A DNA stretch of 64,000 nt from an uncultured bacterium (GCA_963732385.1 CAVSZB010000004.1:1-64000); one strand, 5' to 3'; counted from the stretch's first letter, positions 10,594 through 20,957 are shown. Made by a program: numbers and translations. The notes: generated by a model from the sequence alone, not told the origin.

Positions 10594-12025
10594 ACCCCGT
10601 CAGGTGTTCACGTGCCAGCTGTCCTGCCGGGCGTTTCCTGTCCGGCGGGCATTCGTGTTTTTGCTGCTGTTCGCCTGCGTCGTCCTGCCGGGCCGCGCGT
10701 TGGCGGGAAAGGTCCCGCCGGCGCCAGCAGGCCAGTTGCCTGATTCGGCCGTCGCGGAGAGCCTCCGCCTGCGTGTGTCGCGCCTGCGGGCGATCGCTTC
10801 GATGCCCGATTCGGTCAAGGGACAGGCGATCGATGAGGCCCTTGATGAACTGGGCGGGGCGCTGGAGAACCTGACCCAGGGACTGGCCAACCTTGATGTT
10901 CAGATCGAGGACCAGACCATTTCGTTGCGTGACCGGGCTGGCGGCGGACGTGTCCACATCAACATTCCTCCCGATCTTGGCACACGGATCAGCCAGGGCA
11001 TCAGTTCGATCACGGCCTCCATCCTCGACGAGCTCCCGGACACCCTGGTGATTCGCGGCGGATCGGCGCGACCGCATTGGCGTCTGGCGACGCCGTCTGT
11101 CCGGGATGCGGCGACCCGTATCTTCGCGCCCCCTCCCCCGCCGCGGCGCGTGGTGGGTGGCGACGTGGTGCGGGTGTTCGGCGACGTCGAGGTGATGGCA
11201 GACGAGGACGTGCGAGGGGACGTGATCTCGGTGTTCGGAGCGGTCGTAGTCCGCGGACACGTCGATGGGCGCGTCGTTTCGGTGCTTGGCGATGTCCGTC
11301 TTGATGGCGATGCCGAGGTGGGGCGCGATGTCGTGTCGTTGCTCGGCCACCTTGAACGCGATCCGCGGGCCGAGGTGGGAGGCAGTGTGTTCGCGCTCGA
11401 TTCCGGATTGCCCCGCGGCATGGGCGGTTTTCGCCGGCTGTTGTGGGGCGGCTGGTTCGCCTTCGCGGCAAAGCTTCTGCTTCTGCTGGCCACGGCCCTG
11501 CTGATGATGTTGCTATTCGTGCTCGTCCCGCGCGACCGGCTCGATCGGGCGCTCGACGCACTCTGTTCGCGTCCGACGGTCTGTCTGGGACAGGGCCTCC
11601 TCTGGCTGTTCGCAGGCCACCTGCTGTTGTCGTTCCTCATGGCGGTGCTGATCCTCACGCTGATCGGAATCCCACTCGCCCTGTTGCTCTGCGTTGCCTA
11701 TCTGGCGCTGTCTTTGCTCGCGCTGGGGGTGACGAGCCATCAACTTGGCGCCCGCGCGGCGATCGCCTGGGATCTGGGGTGGTCGCACCGGTTCTCGTTC
11801 ACCTTGTTCGGTCTGTTTCTGCTTCATCTTCCGGGCCTTCTGGGGGCGCTGCTGGGACTGGTTCCGGGACTGTGGGGCGTGGCCGGTCTCCTGGTCGGAC
11901 TCGACGTTCTGCTGAGAATCGTCGCGCTGGCCTACGGTCTGGGCGCCTTGATTCTCTGCCGCTTCGGCCGGCGTGCGCTGCCGCCCGCGCCGCCGCCTTT
12001 CGGCTCCGGGGCTTTACCCGGCTGA
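10586..12025 (+). CDS. Membrane protein with bactofilin-like beta-helix repeats and multi-TM C-terminus
   Basis: Repeats GDVVRVFGDV, GDVISVFGAV, GRVVSVLGDV, GRDVVSLLG; several TM helices including LILTLIGIPLA; start uncertain. Confidence 0.75.
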   Translation: MAEPRQVFTCQLSCRAFPVRRAFVFLLLFACVVLPGRALAGKVPPAPAGQLPDSAVAESLRLRVSRLRAIASMPDSVKGQAIDEALDELGGALENLTQGLANLDVQIEDQTISLRDRAGGGRVHINIPPDLGTRISQGISSITASILDELPDTLVIRGGSARPHWRLATPSVRDAATRIFAPPPPPRRVVGGDVVRVFGDVEVMADEDVRGDVISVFGAVVVRGHVDGRVVSVLGDVRLDGDAEVGRDVVSLLGHLERDPRAEVGGSVFALDSGLPRGMGGFRRLLWGGWFAFAAKLLLLLATALLMMLLFVLVPRDRLDRALDALCSRPTVCLGQGLLWLFAGHLLLSFLMAVLILTLIGIPLALLLCVAYLALSLLALGVTSHQLGARAAIAWDLGWSHRFSFTLFGLFLLHLPGLLGALLGLVPGLWGVAGLLVGLDVLLRIVALAYGLGALILCRFGRRALPPAPPPFGSGALPG

Positions 12026-12136
12026 GGCGAAACGCACCGCGGTGTATCGATCCGGCCGGTGGTTCCATCTCCGGGCTTTACCTCCGGGGCGGAGCATCCA
12101 CCGCCTCCGGATGTCGGAACCGGGAACAGACAAGAG

Positions 12137-12168
12137 AAAGGCCGCCTCCCCGCAGGAAGGCGGCCTTT
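12137..12168. terminator. Bidirectional intrinsic terminator
   Basis: AAAGGCCGCC...GGCGGCCTTT inverted repeat between convergent genes. Confidence 0.75.
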
Positions 12169-12187
12169 GGCACAAGGTCACTCCTGA

Positions 12188-12946
12188 TCAGCGGTACAGA
12201 GACTTGAACGTGCCCCAACTGTTCTGCTCGGTCGGGACAAGCTTCTGCAGGGTGACCGCGATATCAAGAGGGTTGACGTCCAACACTTCGATGCGGCTTG
12301 CCGACTGATAGCCGGGGGCGGAGAAGACCAACTCATAGGTGTGGGCCGGTAGCAGCCCCGGGATTGTCAGTACGGACAGCGCGTCGGCGCCGCCCCAGGC
12401 CCCGAGATCGACCGCGGCGGTCTGGTCGCGAACGGCAACGCGGGTGGCGGCAAGCAGAGCGCCCGGAGGTGAAGATCCCGCCCCTTCGTACGTCAGGGCG
12501 GCGCGGATCAGCCCGGGTGCCGGAGTGACCGAGAACTCGAGCGCCAGTTCGTCGAGCGTGAAGGTGGTATAGCCCGGCACGGAGATCGGGGCCACGACGC
12601 TGGGGAGATTCGCGTCGAACAGCAGACCGAATTCTCGGTTGATGTCCTTGCCGTAGTATTTCGGCAGCAGGCTGCCGTCGACCATAAACTGAAAGTAGAC
12701 TGTGGCCAAAGCACTGCTGTTCGCTCCCGGCGCCGGGGGCGTGACGCTCCAGAAACCGTCGCCCGTCAGGGTCATCGGCACGGCGTTGCACTCCGCGCCG
12801 TCGATGTTCCAGACCAGATCGACTCGCTGATGGGCACTCTGGAACGCCGTAGCGGCGGCCGGCAGGAGGATGGCCAGCGCAAGTGCAAAAGAGGCGGCAC
12901 CGCGGCCGCGACGTAACTCCGGGCGGATCAGGCTTCCATCTGCCAT
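12188..12946 (-). CDS. Secreted hypothetical protein with C-terminal WGxxKxxYR motif
   Basis: Signal peptide (LALAILLPAAATA); beta-rich body; ends PTEQNSWGTFKSLYR; GGGAG RBS. Confidence 0.75.
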   Translation of the reverse strand: MADGSLIRPELRRGRGAASFALALAILLPAAATAFQSAHQRVDLVWNIDGAECNAVPMTLTGDGFWSVTPPAPGANSSALATVYFQFMVDGSLLPKYYGKDINREFGLLFDANLPSVVAPISVPGYTTFTLDELALEFSVTPAPGLIRAALTYEGAGSSPPGALLAATRVAVRDQTAAVDLGAWGGADALSVLTIPGLLPAHTYELVFSAPGYQSASRIEVLDVNPLDIAVTLQKLVPTEQNSWGTFKSLYR

Positions 12947-13223
12947 TATCTGGCTCCCGACGGGTTGAGGTGTTGCAATGGTGAATAATTATATCAATCG
13001 AAGCGTGGCCGGGTCAACCGCTTTCTTTGATGTTTCGATTGTCTTATTTCGATAAGGTGCGGTCCTTGCATCGAAATTACGCGATCGGCCACACGGGAAA
13101 TTCCAAGGAACGGCCAGGCGTTTGAGGGTACGATCTCCGTGGCGCCTCGCCTGATCAGACCCCAAATCGCCCTCTGCCGGTAGCAGGACAGCCGGGCGTG
13201 AGGCCTCGAAAGGGATCCTGGTT

Positions 13224-14834
13224 ATGATCGCCGACACTCCTTCTTCACCTTCGCCCGGCAGCGTCGCGGATCGGCTGGTGGCGGAATCTCTGCTGCGCAG
13301 CGCCATCGTGAGCCTCGAACGGGGCGATCACGAGGGGGCTGAGCGGGCCTTGCGGCAGGGGCTGTCGCGGGTGCCGGAACATCCAGGCTGTCTTGCCACG
13401 CTGGCGCTCTGCCTTGCGGAGGGGCAGCGCCGCTACGTCACCGCCGAGCGTCTCGCGGCGCGCGCCATCAAGGTGGCGCCCGGAGAGGCGACAGGATACC
13501 ACGCGCTCGGCCGCATCTATCTGCTCGGTGGGCGGAAGCAACAGGCGTTCCGTTTTCTCATGAAAGCCTGTTCCCTGTCGCCGGGGGATCACCGGGTTTC
13601 GAATGAACTCCAGGTCATGGGGCGCCGCCGTCCCCCTGTCTTCCGCGCCCTGCCCCGCGATCATCCGCTCAACATGGCCTGCGGCAGGTGGCGCGCCTTT
13701 CTCGCCGACGGACGGCATGCCGCCCTGGTCGCAACGCTCATCCTGGTGACGCTCGTGTCGGTCGTGACCGCGGCGTTCTCCGCTCCCGATCCTCAGACCG
13801 AGACGGCGGCCCTGCAGCGGGGGCTGGGGCGCGTGGACTCCCTGCTGGCGGCGCGGGCCTATGCCGCCGTCGTGAGCGAGGTGGATGCACTATTGGCCCG
13901 CGCCAGCCCGTTCGCTGAGCTGACCTGGCAACTGGAGGAACGGCAAGGGGTTGCCCTCCAGCGGCTGGGGCGCTTTGAAGCGGCGGTGGCGGCCTGCGAG
14001 CGGGGACTGAGCCGAGCTCCCCTGGCCGCCACTCTGCACCTCAACCTGGCCAGCGCGCTGATGGCGCTCGGGGAACGGGGCCGGGCGTTCGCGGAGTTCG
14101 AGGCGGCGGTCGCGCTCGACCCTGCTGCGTGGCGGGCGAGGGTGGATTACGGGCAGGCTCTGGCCAGCTACGGACAGGTGGTGGAGGCTCGCCGGGAACT
14201 GGAGGAGGGGGTCCGGCTCTGCGACGGTTGTGCCGGCGCGTCGAGAGCACTCGGTGCTCTTGAGCTGTCGTTGGGCAACTTCGCGGCCGCCCTGACGCCT
14301 TTGACGAAGGCCTGGGAGGCGGCGCCGGACCGGGCTCTGCGCCGGACCCTCGCCCTGGCTCGCCTGCGCACGGGAGACGCGCGCGGCGCCGTCGATCTTC
14401 TGGCGCCCTTCTGGCCTGATTCCCTCGATGTCCAGGAAGGTCGTCTGATCCTCGAGGCTGATCGCCTTCTGGGTGACCCGGCCCGGGCGCTTTCTCTGCT
14501 GACAGCGCTCCAGGAGGTACGGGCTGCCGGGGCCGCCGCTGCTCCGGGCGGTGGAGGGGAAATCGGGGCAGGAATGCCGGCTGTGGGGGGAAGAGCCGCT
14601 TTGGTCGTCGACCCCGAGCTTTGGGGGCTGGCGGCGGTTGTCCTTATCGAGGCGGGTCGCGACCCGGAGGGTCTGCGCGCTGTGGAGCGGGCGATCGTTC
14701 TCGATGGCCGGCAATCCGCCTACCGGCACAATCGGGCGCTGCTGCTTGAGCGGCTCGGGCATCAGGCGGAGGCGCAGGATGAATTGCGTCGCGCGGACGC
14801 CCTCGATCCCGCCTCGACCGACAAGCCGCGTTGA
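13224..14834 (+). CDS. Tetratricopeptide repeat membrane protein
   Basis: N-terminal TPRs, one central TM helix (AALVATLILVTLVSVV), many C-terminal TPRs. Confidence 0.75.
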   Translation: MIADTPSSPSPGSVADRLVAESLLRSAIVSLERGDHEGAERALRQGLSRVPEHPGCLATLALCLAEGQRRYVTAERLAARAIKVAPGEATGYHALGRIYLLGGRKQQAFRFLMKACSLSPGDHRVSNELQVMGRRRPPVFRALPRDHPLNMACGRWRAFLADGRHAALVATLILVTLVSVVTAAFSAPDPQTETAALQRGLGRVDSLLAARAYAAVVSEVDALLARASPFAELTWQLEERQGVALQRLGRFEAAVAACERGLSRAPLAATLHLNLASALMALGERGRAFAEFEAAVALDPAAWRARVDYGQALASYGQVVEARRELEEGVRLCDGCAGASRALGALELSLGNFAAALTPLTKAWEAAPDRALRRTLALARLRTGDARGAVDLLAPFWPDSLDVQEGRLILEADRLLGDPARALSLLTALQEVRAAGAAAAPGGGGEIGAGMPAVGGRAALVVDPELWGLAAVVLIEAGRDPEGLRAVERAIVLDGRQSAYRHNRALLLERLGHQAEAQDELRRADALDPASTDKPR

Positions 14835-14948
14835 CGCCAGTTGCGGGGGGCGGTCTCCGCGTGGCGGCGCACCTTGGCTACAATCTCCAGTTTCAATATC
14901 CAAACCGGCAATTTCGCCGCCAATAATTTGCCATATAATGATGTGCTC

Positions 14949-14977
14949 TTGACGAATTTGTTATATTGCTGTATTAT
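14949..14977 (+). promoter_or_regulatory. sigma70 promoter
   Basis: TTGACG-N17-TATTAT in an AT-rich intergenic region upstream of 15079. Confidence 0.7.
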
Positions 14978-15078
14978 TGTTGTCTGCTAATAGGGGGATC
15001 GGCAAGTCGTTCCGCCTGGCAACGGGCAGGTTCGGGATTTGCTGGCCGGGACGGTCACGGTCAGGAAAGGATGTTAGC

Positions 15079-16074
15079 ATGCATCAATTCGCCGCCGGTG
15101 GTCGACTGGGGCGGGTGTTGACGAACGCCGTGATCATGGTGCTCTCGATTCTTGTGACAGCGGTCGCGCAGGGTGGAGTATGCGAGGCGCTCTCGCCGAC
15201 GAGCGCGAATGTTGTCGGCTTTGGCACCGACTATCTGCCGCGCATCGATTTTCATCCGGGTGAGGGGGAGGCGGATCTCTGCGCCGTGCCGCTGCCGGCG
15301 ACACTGCCGGGCACCCTGGCCCTGCCGCTGTACGCCTACAATCTCCAGGGTGAAGCGTCGGGAGTTCGCCTTCGCCTCGTGGCGTCCGCTGAGATCTCTG
15401 GTTTTCAGCCCGCGTCTGGGGTGACTCTGTCGCGGATGGATGGACCGCTCCAGGACGGGGGCCTCTGGTTCGTCGATCTCGAACTGAGTGGCACTCTGTG
15501 CGGCCCGGCGCTGCTCGGCCAGCTCGAATTGCTGGTTCCCGCGGGTGCGACAACGCTGTTCGCCGACGTGGCCGGCTTCGGAGGCTCCGGATCGCCGACG
15601 GTGACCAATGTCTTAGGTGGTGCGCTACCGGCTGTTTCGCCGCGCCACGGCGTCTACGCTGGCGCCACCGATCTTTACCACTGCCAGCCACCGCTTTGCC
15701 GGGAGCCGCATGCGCCGGTGCGGGGGCTGACCGCCCTGCAGTCGGGTGGTTTCATAATCGAACTTGGCTGGACCGCCGGTGGCGGCGAATTCACGATGAT
15801 CCGCTACCGCTCCGATGGTGTGCCTCCCACGTCGGTTTTTGACGGGGAATTGCTGACTGTCGTGCCGACGATACCGGGGCAGAGCTACGCCGTGATCCAC
15901 AATAACCCGCTGGTCATTCGGTACTGGTATACCGCTTTCGCGGTGAGCATGAGCGGCGATGTCGTGACCCTGGGCAGTCGTCTGGAGTGCGATTCGTTCA
16001 CTACGGCCAGCGTCGATCCGAGCATCCCCGTTACGGACGTCACCTGGGGCGCCGTGAAAAACACCTACCGCTGA
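15079..16074 (+). CDS. Secreted hypothetical protein (FN3-like C-terminal part) with C-terminal WGxxKxxYR motif
   Basis: Signal-like N-terminus, several Cys, ends PVTDVTWGAVKNTYR; AGGA RBS before ATG 15079. Confidence 0.75.
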   Translation: MHQFAAGGRLGRVLTNAVIMVLSILVTAVAQGGVCEALSPTSANVVGFGTDYLPRIDFHPGEGEADLCAVPLPATLPGTLALPLYAYNLQGEASGVRLRLVASAEISGFQPASGVTLSRMDGPLQDGGLWFVDLELSGTLCGPALLGQLELLVPAGATTLFADVAGFGGSGSPTVTNVLGGALPAVSPRHGVYAGATDLYHCQPPLCREPHAPVRGLTALQSGGFIIELGWTAGGGEFTMIRYRSDGVPPTSVFDGELLTVVPTIPGQSYAVIHNNPLVIRYWYTAFAVSMSGDVVTLGSRLECDSFTTASVDPSIPVTDVTWGAVKNTYR

Positions 16075-16244
16075 GCCGAAGCTTGAGCTCCCATCCTTTT
16101 CCTGCCGCCGCCGCAATCTACGCGGCGGCGGTACTTTGGGGGGACGGGGTGGGTTGCCGATTGCCGCGCGCGGACCTCCGGCGTATTCTGCGCCACGGTC
16201 CGCGTTCGCCTGTCCGGCCCGCGTCGGCCACCTGAGGAGCTCTC

Positions 16245-17180
16245 TTGACGCTTGTCAAAGACCGGCTCTGCCGCCTGGCGGCGGCTTCTGCCCTGATTCT
16301 GGGTCTGTTCTCCGGATGTGCCCCCGTGGCGACCAGGCAAGCGTTGCCTGTCTCCCCGGAGCCCTCCCTGCCCGACGCGGCGCGGGAGCCGACGCCGGAG
16401 GTCTGGCGCGAATCTCCTGCTCCTGAGGGGGATTGGCGGCCCCATGTGCTCGCACGCTGCCGCCGTGCCGACGAAGCGCCTCCCGCGGTTGAGCGCGCCC
16501 TCGGTTTTGCCTGGGATCTCTATCGGAACCAACGCGCTGGGTCCGACGCCATCATGGAGTTGGAAATCTGCCTCCGCGCGCATCCCCGCGATGGTCTGTT
16601 GCTGGTCACCTTGGGGCAGATGTACCTGCTGGGCGCTCGAGGCGAGCGGGCCCTGGTGCCTCGCGAGGGGCCGGCGGCGGCAACGCGGCAATGGTCCCGG
16701 ACCCGGGAGCGCCTCCTGGTTAGGGCGGAATCGCTGCTGCGGGAGGCTCGGACTGTGCGGCCCGACGATGGGAGCGTCGAATATTTGTTCGCCGATCTGT
16801 GCACTACCCGTGGCGACACCACTGCCGCGGCCCTGTCGCTGGCTGAAGGGACCCGCAAGTGCCTGCTGCCGCGCAGCCTGGAGATCCTGCGCCGTTATCA
16901 GGGATTGCAGGGTCGGCCGGCCCGGCTCCTCAGCCGGGTGGCCCCCGACTTTCCGGTCGAGGCCGGTCGAGAGGGCAAGTCCGGAGTGGTGGAGCTGGAT
17001 CTTCTGATCGACCCCGCGGGGTTCGTGGTGCAGACCGTGACCCTGGCGAGTCCCGATTCCCGTCTCACCACGGCCGCAGTAGCGGCTCTGCTGGCGGCGC
17101 GGTTTGAACCGGCCCGGCTCGGTGAATATCCGGTCTGGTCGTGGTTGCGCCTGCCGGTTCCGTTCAAAATCATCCGCTGA
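16245..17180 (+). CDS. Lipoprotein with helical (TPR-like) region and TonB C-terminal domain
   Basis: Lipobox FSGC; PDFPVEAGREGKSGVVELDLLIDPAG...RFEPARLGEYPV is TonB_C-like; GAGGAG RBS with TTG start. Confidence 0.8.
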   Translation: MTLVKDRLCRLAAASALILGLFSGCAPVATRQALPVSPEPSLPDAAREPTPEVWRESPAPEGDWRPHVLARCRRADEAPPAVERALGFAWDLYRNQRAGSDAIMELEICLRAHPRDGLLLVTLGQMYLLGARGERALVPREGPAAATRQWSRTRERLLVRAESLLREARTVRPDDGSVEYLFADLCTTRGDTTAAALSLAEGTRKCLLPRSLEILRRYQGLQGRPARLLSRVAPDFPVEAGREGKSGVVELDLLIDPAGFVVQTVTLASPDSRLTTAAVAALLAARFEPARLGEYPVWSWLRLPVPFKIIR

Positions 17181-17334
17181 GCATGGCCCCGGGCCAATCC
17201 CCGGTTGATTTGCGGCCGCCGAAGCCGTTAGTTTATGACAGTTTTCGCGTGCGACTGCCAACCGTCCGCGCGCACGGTCGGACCGTGTCGGCCCGACCGG
17301 CATTGGGTGTCTGTTGCCGGAGGTCATTGTGCCA

Positions 17335-18696
17335 ATGACGCGGTTCAAATCACCTGCCTTGCCGCTCTTCTACTGTGGGCTGCTCCTGGCGACCCTGGTG
17401 GTCGGGTGCTCGACGCGGGAAGATCCCAATGAGACGCTGGCGATGCAGGGCAACCACTCGCCCGGTGCGCTGGTGATGGTCACTACCGACACCTCTTCCG
17501 ACGGTTTCCATTACCTGGAACCCAGCCTCTCGCCCGACGGCTCCAGGATCGCCATTACGGCTGACTGGGCGGCCTTGCCTGTCAGGGGCCCTCTGCCCGA
17601 TCCCATCCCGACTATCCGCCAGCTGGTGCTCGTACCGAATCGTGTCGGCACGCATCCCGAGCAGCGCCTGGCGGATTCGGGCGCCACGCTGGTGCCTTTT
17701 TCTTCGCCGTGCCTCATCGCGGTGGCAGACGCTCGCTGGCTGCAGTATCCCATGCTCGATGACCAGAAGGGTTCGCCCTGCTGGCTGGACGATCAAACCC
17801 TGATTTTCTGGATGCATACGCGGCGCGGCGATCGTCTTTTCCGGGCCGACCTGACCCAGATCGCCATTGTGCCTGAAATTATTTATTACGAGAGTGAGGA
17901 TCTGGTGGAGGAGGGCCGTTACTGGCAGCACCACGATCCGGCGATCTCTCCGGACGGTCAGTGGATCGCCTTTTCGCGCTTTGGCCACTCGCGCATCTCG
18001 CCGGACTCTCTGCAGAGCTATACCAAGCAACGACTCTGGGTCGTCAGCCTGAACAGGACGCCGATAATCGCGCTGCCGTTGACGAGTGAAGGGGCCGTGA
18101 TCGGCAGCCCCGCGTGGTCCGCGGACGGGGGCCGGATCGCGTTCGGCGCCACGCTTGATCTCATCGACGGCGGCTCTTTTTACGGCAGTGAAATATTCTC
18201 CATCAACTTCGACGGTGCTCAGGCCGCCACCGGCACGGTGCCGCTCGACCAGGGGCTCAAGCGGCTCACCTTTACGAGCATTCCCGACGGGAATCCCATC
18301 CCGATCCAGAACAGCAAGCCCTCCTTCAGTGCGGACGGTTCCACCATCGTGTTCACGTCCACGCGACGCGCACCGTCGATCACCCTGCACGATCGTTCCA
18401 TCTGGCGGATCCCCTCTGACGGTCGGCTGGAACCGCAAATCGCTTTCTTCAGCCGGGAAGACGATGTTCAGGCCAGGTTCCTGCCCGGGTCCAACAACGT
18501 CCTGCTGCTCTCGAGCGCCATGGGCTTTCCGACCGAGATGCTCGATCGCGTGGAACTGGAGGCGCGCGCCGAAATCCAGGCGGCTGACCCCCTGCTGAAC
18601 GAAGTCGTGGTGAATCAGCTGGCTGCGGCGAAGCGTACCGAACTGGAGTACTTCGCCCGCATCATGACGCACATTTTCACGTTCCAGGGCTGGTGA
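17335..18696 (+). CDS. TolB-like PD40 beta-propeller lipoprotein
   Basis: Lipobox VVGC; repeats PSLSPDGSRIA, PAISPDGQWIAF, PAWSADGGRIAF, PSFSADGSTIVF. Confidence 0.85.
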   Translation: MTRFKSPALPLFYCGLLLATLVVGCSTREDPNETLAMQGNHSPGALVMVTTDTSSDGFHYLEPSLSPDGSRIAITADWAALPVRGPLPDPIPTIRQLVLVPNRVGTHPEQRLADSGATLVPFSSPCLIAVADARWLQYPMLDDQKGSPCWLDDQTLIFWMHTRRGDRLFRADLTQIAIVPEIIYYESEDLVEEGRYWQHHDPAISPDGQWIAFSRFGHSRISPDSLQSYTKQRLWVVSLNRTPIIALPLTSEGAVIGSPAWSADGGRIAFGATLDLIDGGSFYGSEIFSINFDGAQAATGTVPLDQGLKRLTFTSIPDGNPIPIQNSKPSFSADGSTIVFTSTRRAPSITLHDRSIWRIPSDGRLEPQIAFFSREDDVQARFLPGSNNVLLLSSAMGFPTEMLDRVELEARAEIQAADPLLNEVVVNQLAAAKRTELEYFARIMTHIFTFQGW

Positions 18697-18710
18697 GCCC
18701 GGGGGCAGGG

Positions 18711-19463
18711 ATGTCGGACGAGGCCGCGCTGCGAGCTGAAATGGTGCGGATCGGCCGTCTGATGTATGATCATCAACTCGTCGTCGCCGCCGAGGGCAAT
18801 CTTTCTGCCCGCCTCGGCGGCGATCGTTTTCTGGTGACCCCCGCCGGCCGCTGCAAGGGGCAACTCGACGAGGCGGACCCGGTTCCCGTGGATTACGGAG
18901 GCCGGCCGGCCGGCGGTTCACCCGCGGAGGCCCGGCCCAGTTCCGAGTGGCGCCTGCACCGCGAGATCTACGGCGTGCGAGCCGACGTGGCTGCGGTCTG
19001 CCACGGCCATCCGCCATTCGCCACGGCGTTTGCCGCGGCGGGCCAGGCCCTGGATGGGTGCCTGCTGCCGGAGGTCGTGGCGACGCTCGGCTCGGTTCCC
19101 CTCGCCCGCTATGCCACCCCCGGAACTGAGGAGGTCCCGCGCGCCGTGCGGGATCTGATCGCCGGCCACGACGCGCTCCTGCTGGCCAACCACGGAGTGG
19201 TCGCCGTCGGCGCCACGCTGACCGAGGCGTTCTTCCGGCTCGAGACCGTGGAGCGGCTCGCGCAGGTCACGCTCCTGGCGCGCCTCGCGGGGGGGGAGCG
19301 CCGTCTGGGCGCCGGCGAGGTGGCGGCCCTGCGCGGCGGACGGGACGCGTCGCAGGTGTCCGCGCCGTGCGTGCCCGGGGGCGAGCCACTCCCGGCTGCG
19401 CTGGACGATCTGGTGGAGGGGCTGGTGCGCGGCATCCTGCAGGGGATGGCGCGGCGCTCCTGA
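18711..19463 (+). CDS. Class II aldolase/adducin family protein (FucA-like)
   Basis: EGNLSAR, PSSEWRLH, VCHGHPP, LLANHGVV. Confidence 0.9.
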   Translation: MSDEAALRAEMVRIGRLMYDHQLVVAAEGNLSARLGGDRFLVTPAGRCKGQLDEADPVPVDYGGRPAGGSPAEARPSSEWRLHREIYGVRADVAAVCHGHPPFATAFAAAGQALDGCLLPEVVATLGSVPLARYATPGTEEVPRAVRDLIAGHDALLLANHGVVAVGATLTEAFFRLETVERLAQVTLLARLAGGERRLGAGEVAALRGGRDASQVSAPCVPGGEPLPAALDDLVEGLVRGILQGMARRS

Positions 19464-19483
19464 TCCCGCCGTTGGCAGGACCC

Positions 19484-19522
19484 AAAAACGAGCCGGGCGG
19501 CCCCGAGGGACCGCCCGGCTTT
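19484..19522 (-). terminator. Intrinsic terminator of the porin gene
   Basis: AGCCGGGCGG/CCGCCCGGCT 10-bp stem with an A5 run on the left (U-tail on the minus strand). Confidence 0.75.
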
Positions 19523-19550
19523 CATGTCCGGCAGGGCCGGCGGACGAGTT

Positions 19551-20957
19551 CTAGAACTCGACCTTGGCGCCCAGCCAGCCGTAGAGCAGCGAATCATACG
19601 TGTTGTCGGCGCCGAAATAATCGCCGAACGAGAACATCGCCGCGCCGCCCTCGATGGAAACGCCATCCTCGATCTTGTGGTTCACGAAGAAGTCGATCTC
19701 CGTGCCCACGCTCTTCGAAGTGTAGACGCCATCGACGCTCTCACCCGACATGGAGTGGGGATAGTAATCCCAATAAGAGGAGAACCCTCCCGTGGGCTCA
19801 CCGAGATACGCGAAGTTGTTCCCGTAAGCCCTGTCCTCGTCAGTAGCGAGCTTGAACATGTAGAAGTCCAGCTTGATGTCGGTGCCTTCGAACGGCGTGA
19901 GGCCGCCCGAGAGGCGGATCGTCGCCGTGTTGGACCAGTCGACCATGTCCATGATGCCCATGTACGAGCTGTCGGAGCCGAACGGCGAGAAGAAGGTCTT
20001 GTCCTCGTTGTTGTCGTCGTCGGCGTTCTTCGTGCCGCTGGCGTAGTTGAACTCGGCGCCGATGAACGGCTTCAGCGTCGACTCGAACTCGTAGAACAGG
20101 CCGGTGTAGAAGCCGATCGTCGAGGTGTCCCACTCGTAGTCGGTGCCGTCTTCATCGTGTTCGGTGCCGCTGACCATGAGTCCTTCAGCGTAGAAGTGCA
20201 GTCCGGAGTCGCTCATGTAGTCGAACAGGGCGCCGAACGTGATGTAATTGTCGTTCGCCACGTCGACCATTTCCTCGTCCATGTTCATGTACTGGTAGTT
20301 GTCCATGGACATCATCAGGACGTAGGGCTCGATGTACATGCCCTCGGCGACGTCGAGGTGCGCGTAGGCGCCGCGCAGGTCCAGGTCGCCCGGGTCATTG
20401 TCGTACTTGTCCGTGAAGGTCTCGTTCAGCTTCAGGCAGAGCAGGTCGAGCCAGCCCTTCTCGAACATGTAGTGGCCCTTGAAACCGTCGAAGCGTTTCT
20501 CGGAATCGAACGTCCACTCCTCGGCGCCGAGGACGCGCTCGCGACCGTACGCGAGGGCGAAGCGACCGGCGTAGGCGTCGAAGCCGTTGACCAGGAAGTC
20601 GGAAATGCCGAGATAGCCCTCGTTGAGGACCACGGTATTGCCGTTGAACATCCACTCGCCGGACTTGGTGTAGTAGTACGGGAAGCCGTCAAAGCCCAGC
20701 ACGCGGGTGTTCTGCACCGACATGTTGAACAGACCGCGCTCGCCGATCTCGGTGCTGTAGCCGAGGCGGGAACGCAGGTGCGCGAAGCCGATATTGTCGT
20801 CGTTGTCGCTGGACCAGTCGCTGAAATTCTTGAACCCTTCCCAGCGGTAGCGCATTTCGCCATACATGCCGTCGCCGGCGATCGCCGCGGTGGTGGCCAA
20901 TCCCATCCCAACCAGCATGGCCAGGCACAGGATCAGAAACATGAGTCGCTTGAACAT
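19551..20957 (-). CDS. Outer-membrane beta-barrel porin (alginate export family-like)
   Basis: Signal peptide, GEMRYRWE, GRFALAYGRERVLG, RFDG, GTEIDF, terminal Phe; very acidic and aromatic. Confidence 0.8.
   Translation of the reverse strand: MFKRLMFLILCLAMLVGMGLATTAAIAGDGMYGEMRYRWEGFKNFSDWSSDNDDNIGFAHLRSRLGYSTEIGERGLFNMSVQNTRVLGFDGFPYYYTKSGEWMFNGNTVVLNEGYLGISDFLVNGFDAYAGRFALAYGRERVLGAEEWTFDSEKRFDGFKGHYMFEKGWLDLLCLKLNETFTDKYDNDPGDLDLRGAYAHLDVAEGMYIEPYVLMMSMDNYQYMNMDEEMVDVANDNYITFGALFDYMSDSGLHFYAEGLMVSGTEHDEDGTDYEWDTSTIGFYTGLFYEFESTLKPFIGAEFNYASGTKNADDDNNEDKTFFSPFGSDSSYMGIMDMVDWSNTATIRLSGGLTPFEGTDIKLDFYMFKLATDEDRAYGNNFAYLGEPTGGFSSYWDYYPHSMSGESVDGVYTSKSVGTEIDFFVNHKIEDGVSIEGGAAMFSFGDYFGADNTYDSLLYGWLGAKVEF

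Noticed and set aside
14919..14933. Minus-strand GG-N10-GC (TGGCAAATTATTGGC)
   Set aside because: Weak match to the sigma54 consensus and would point antisense into the TPR gene.
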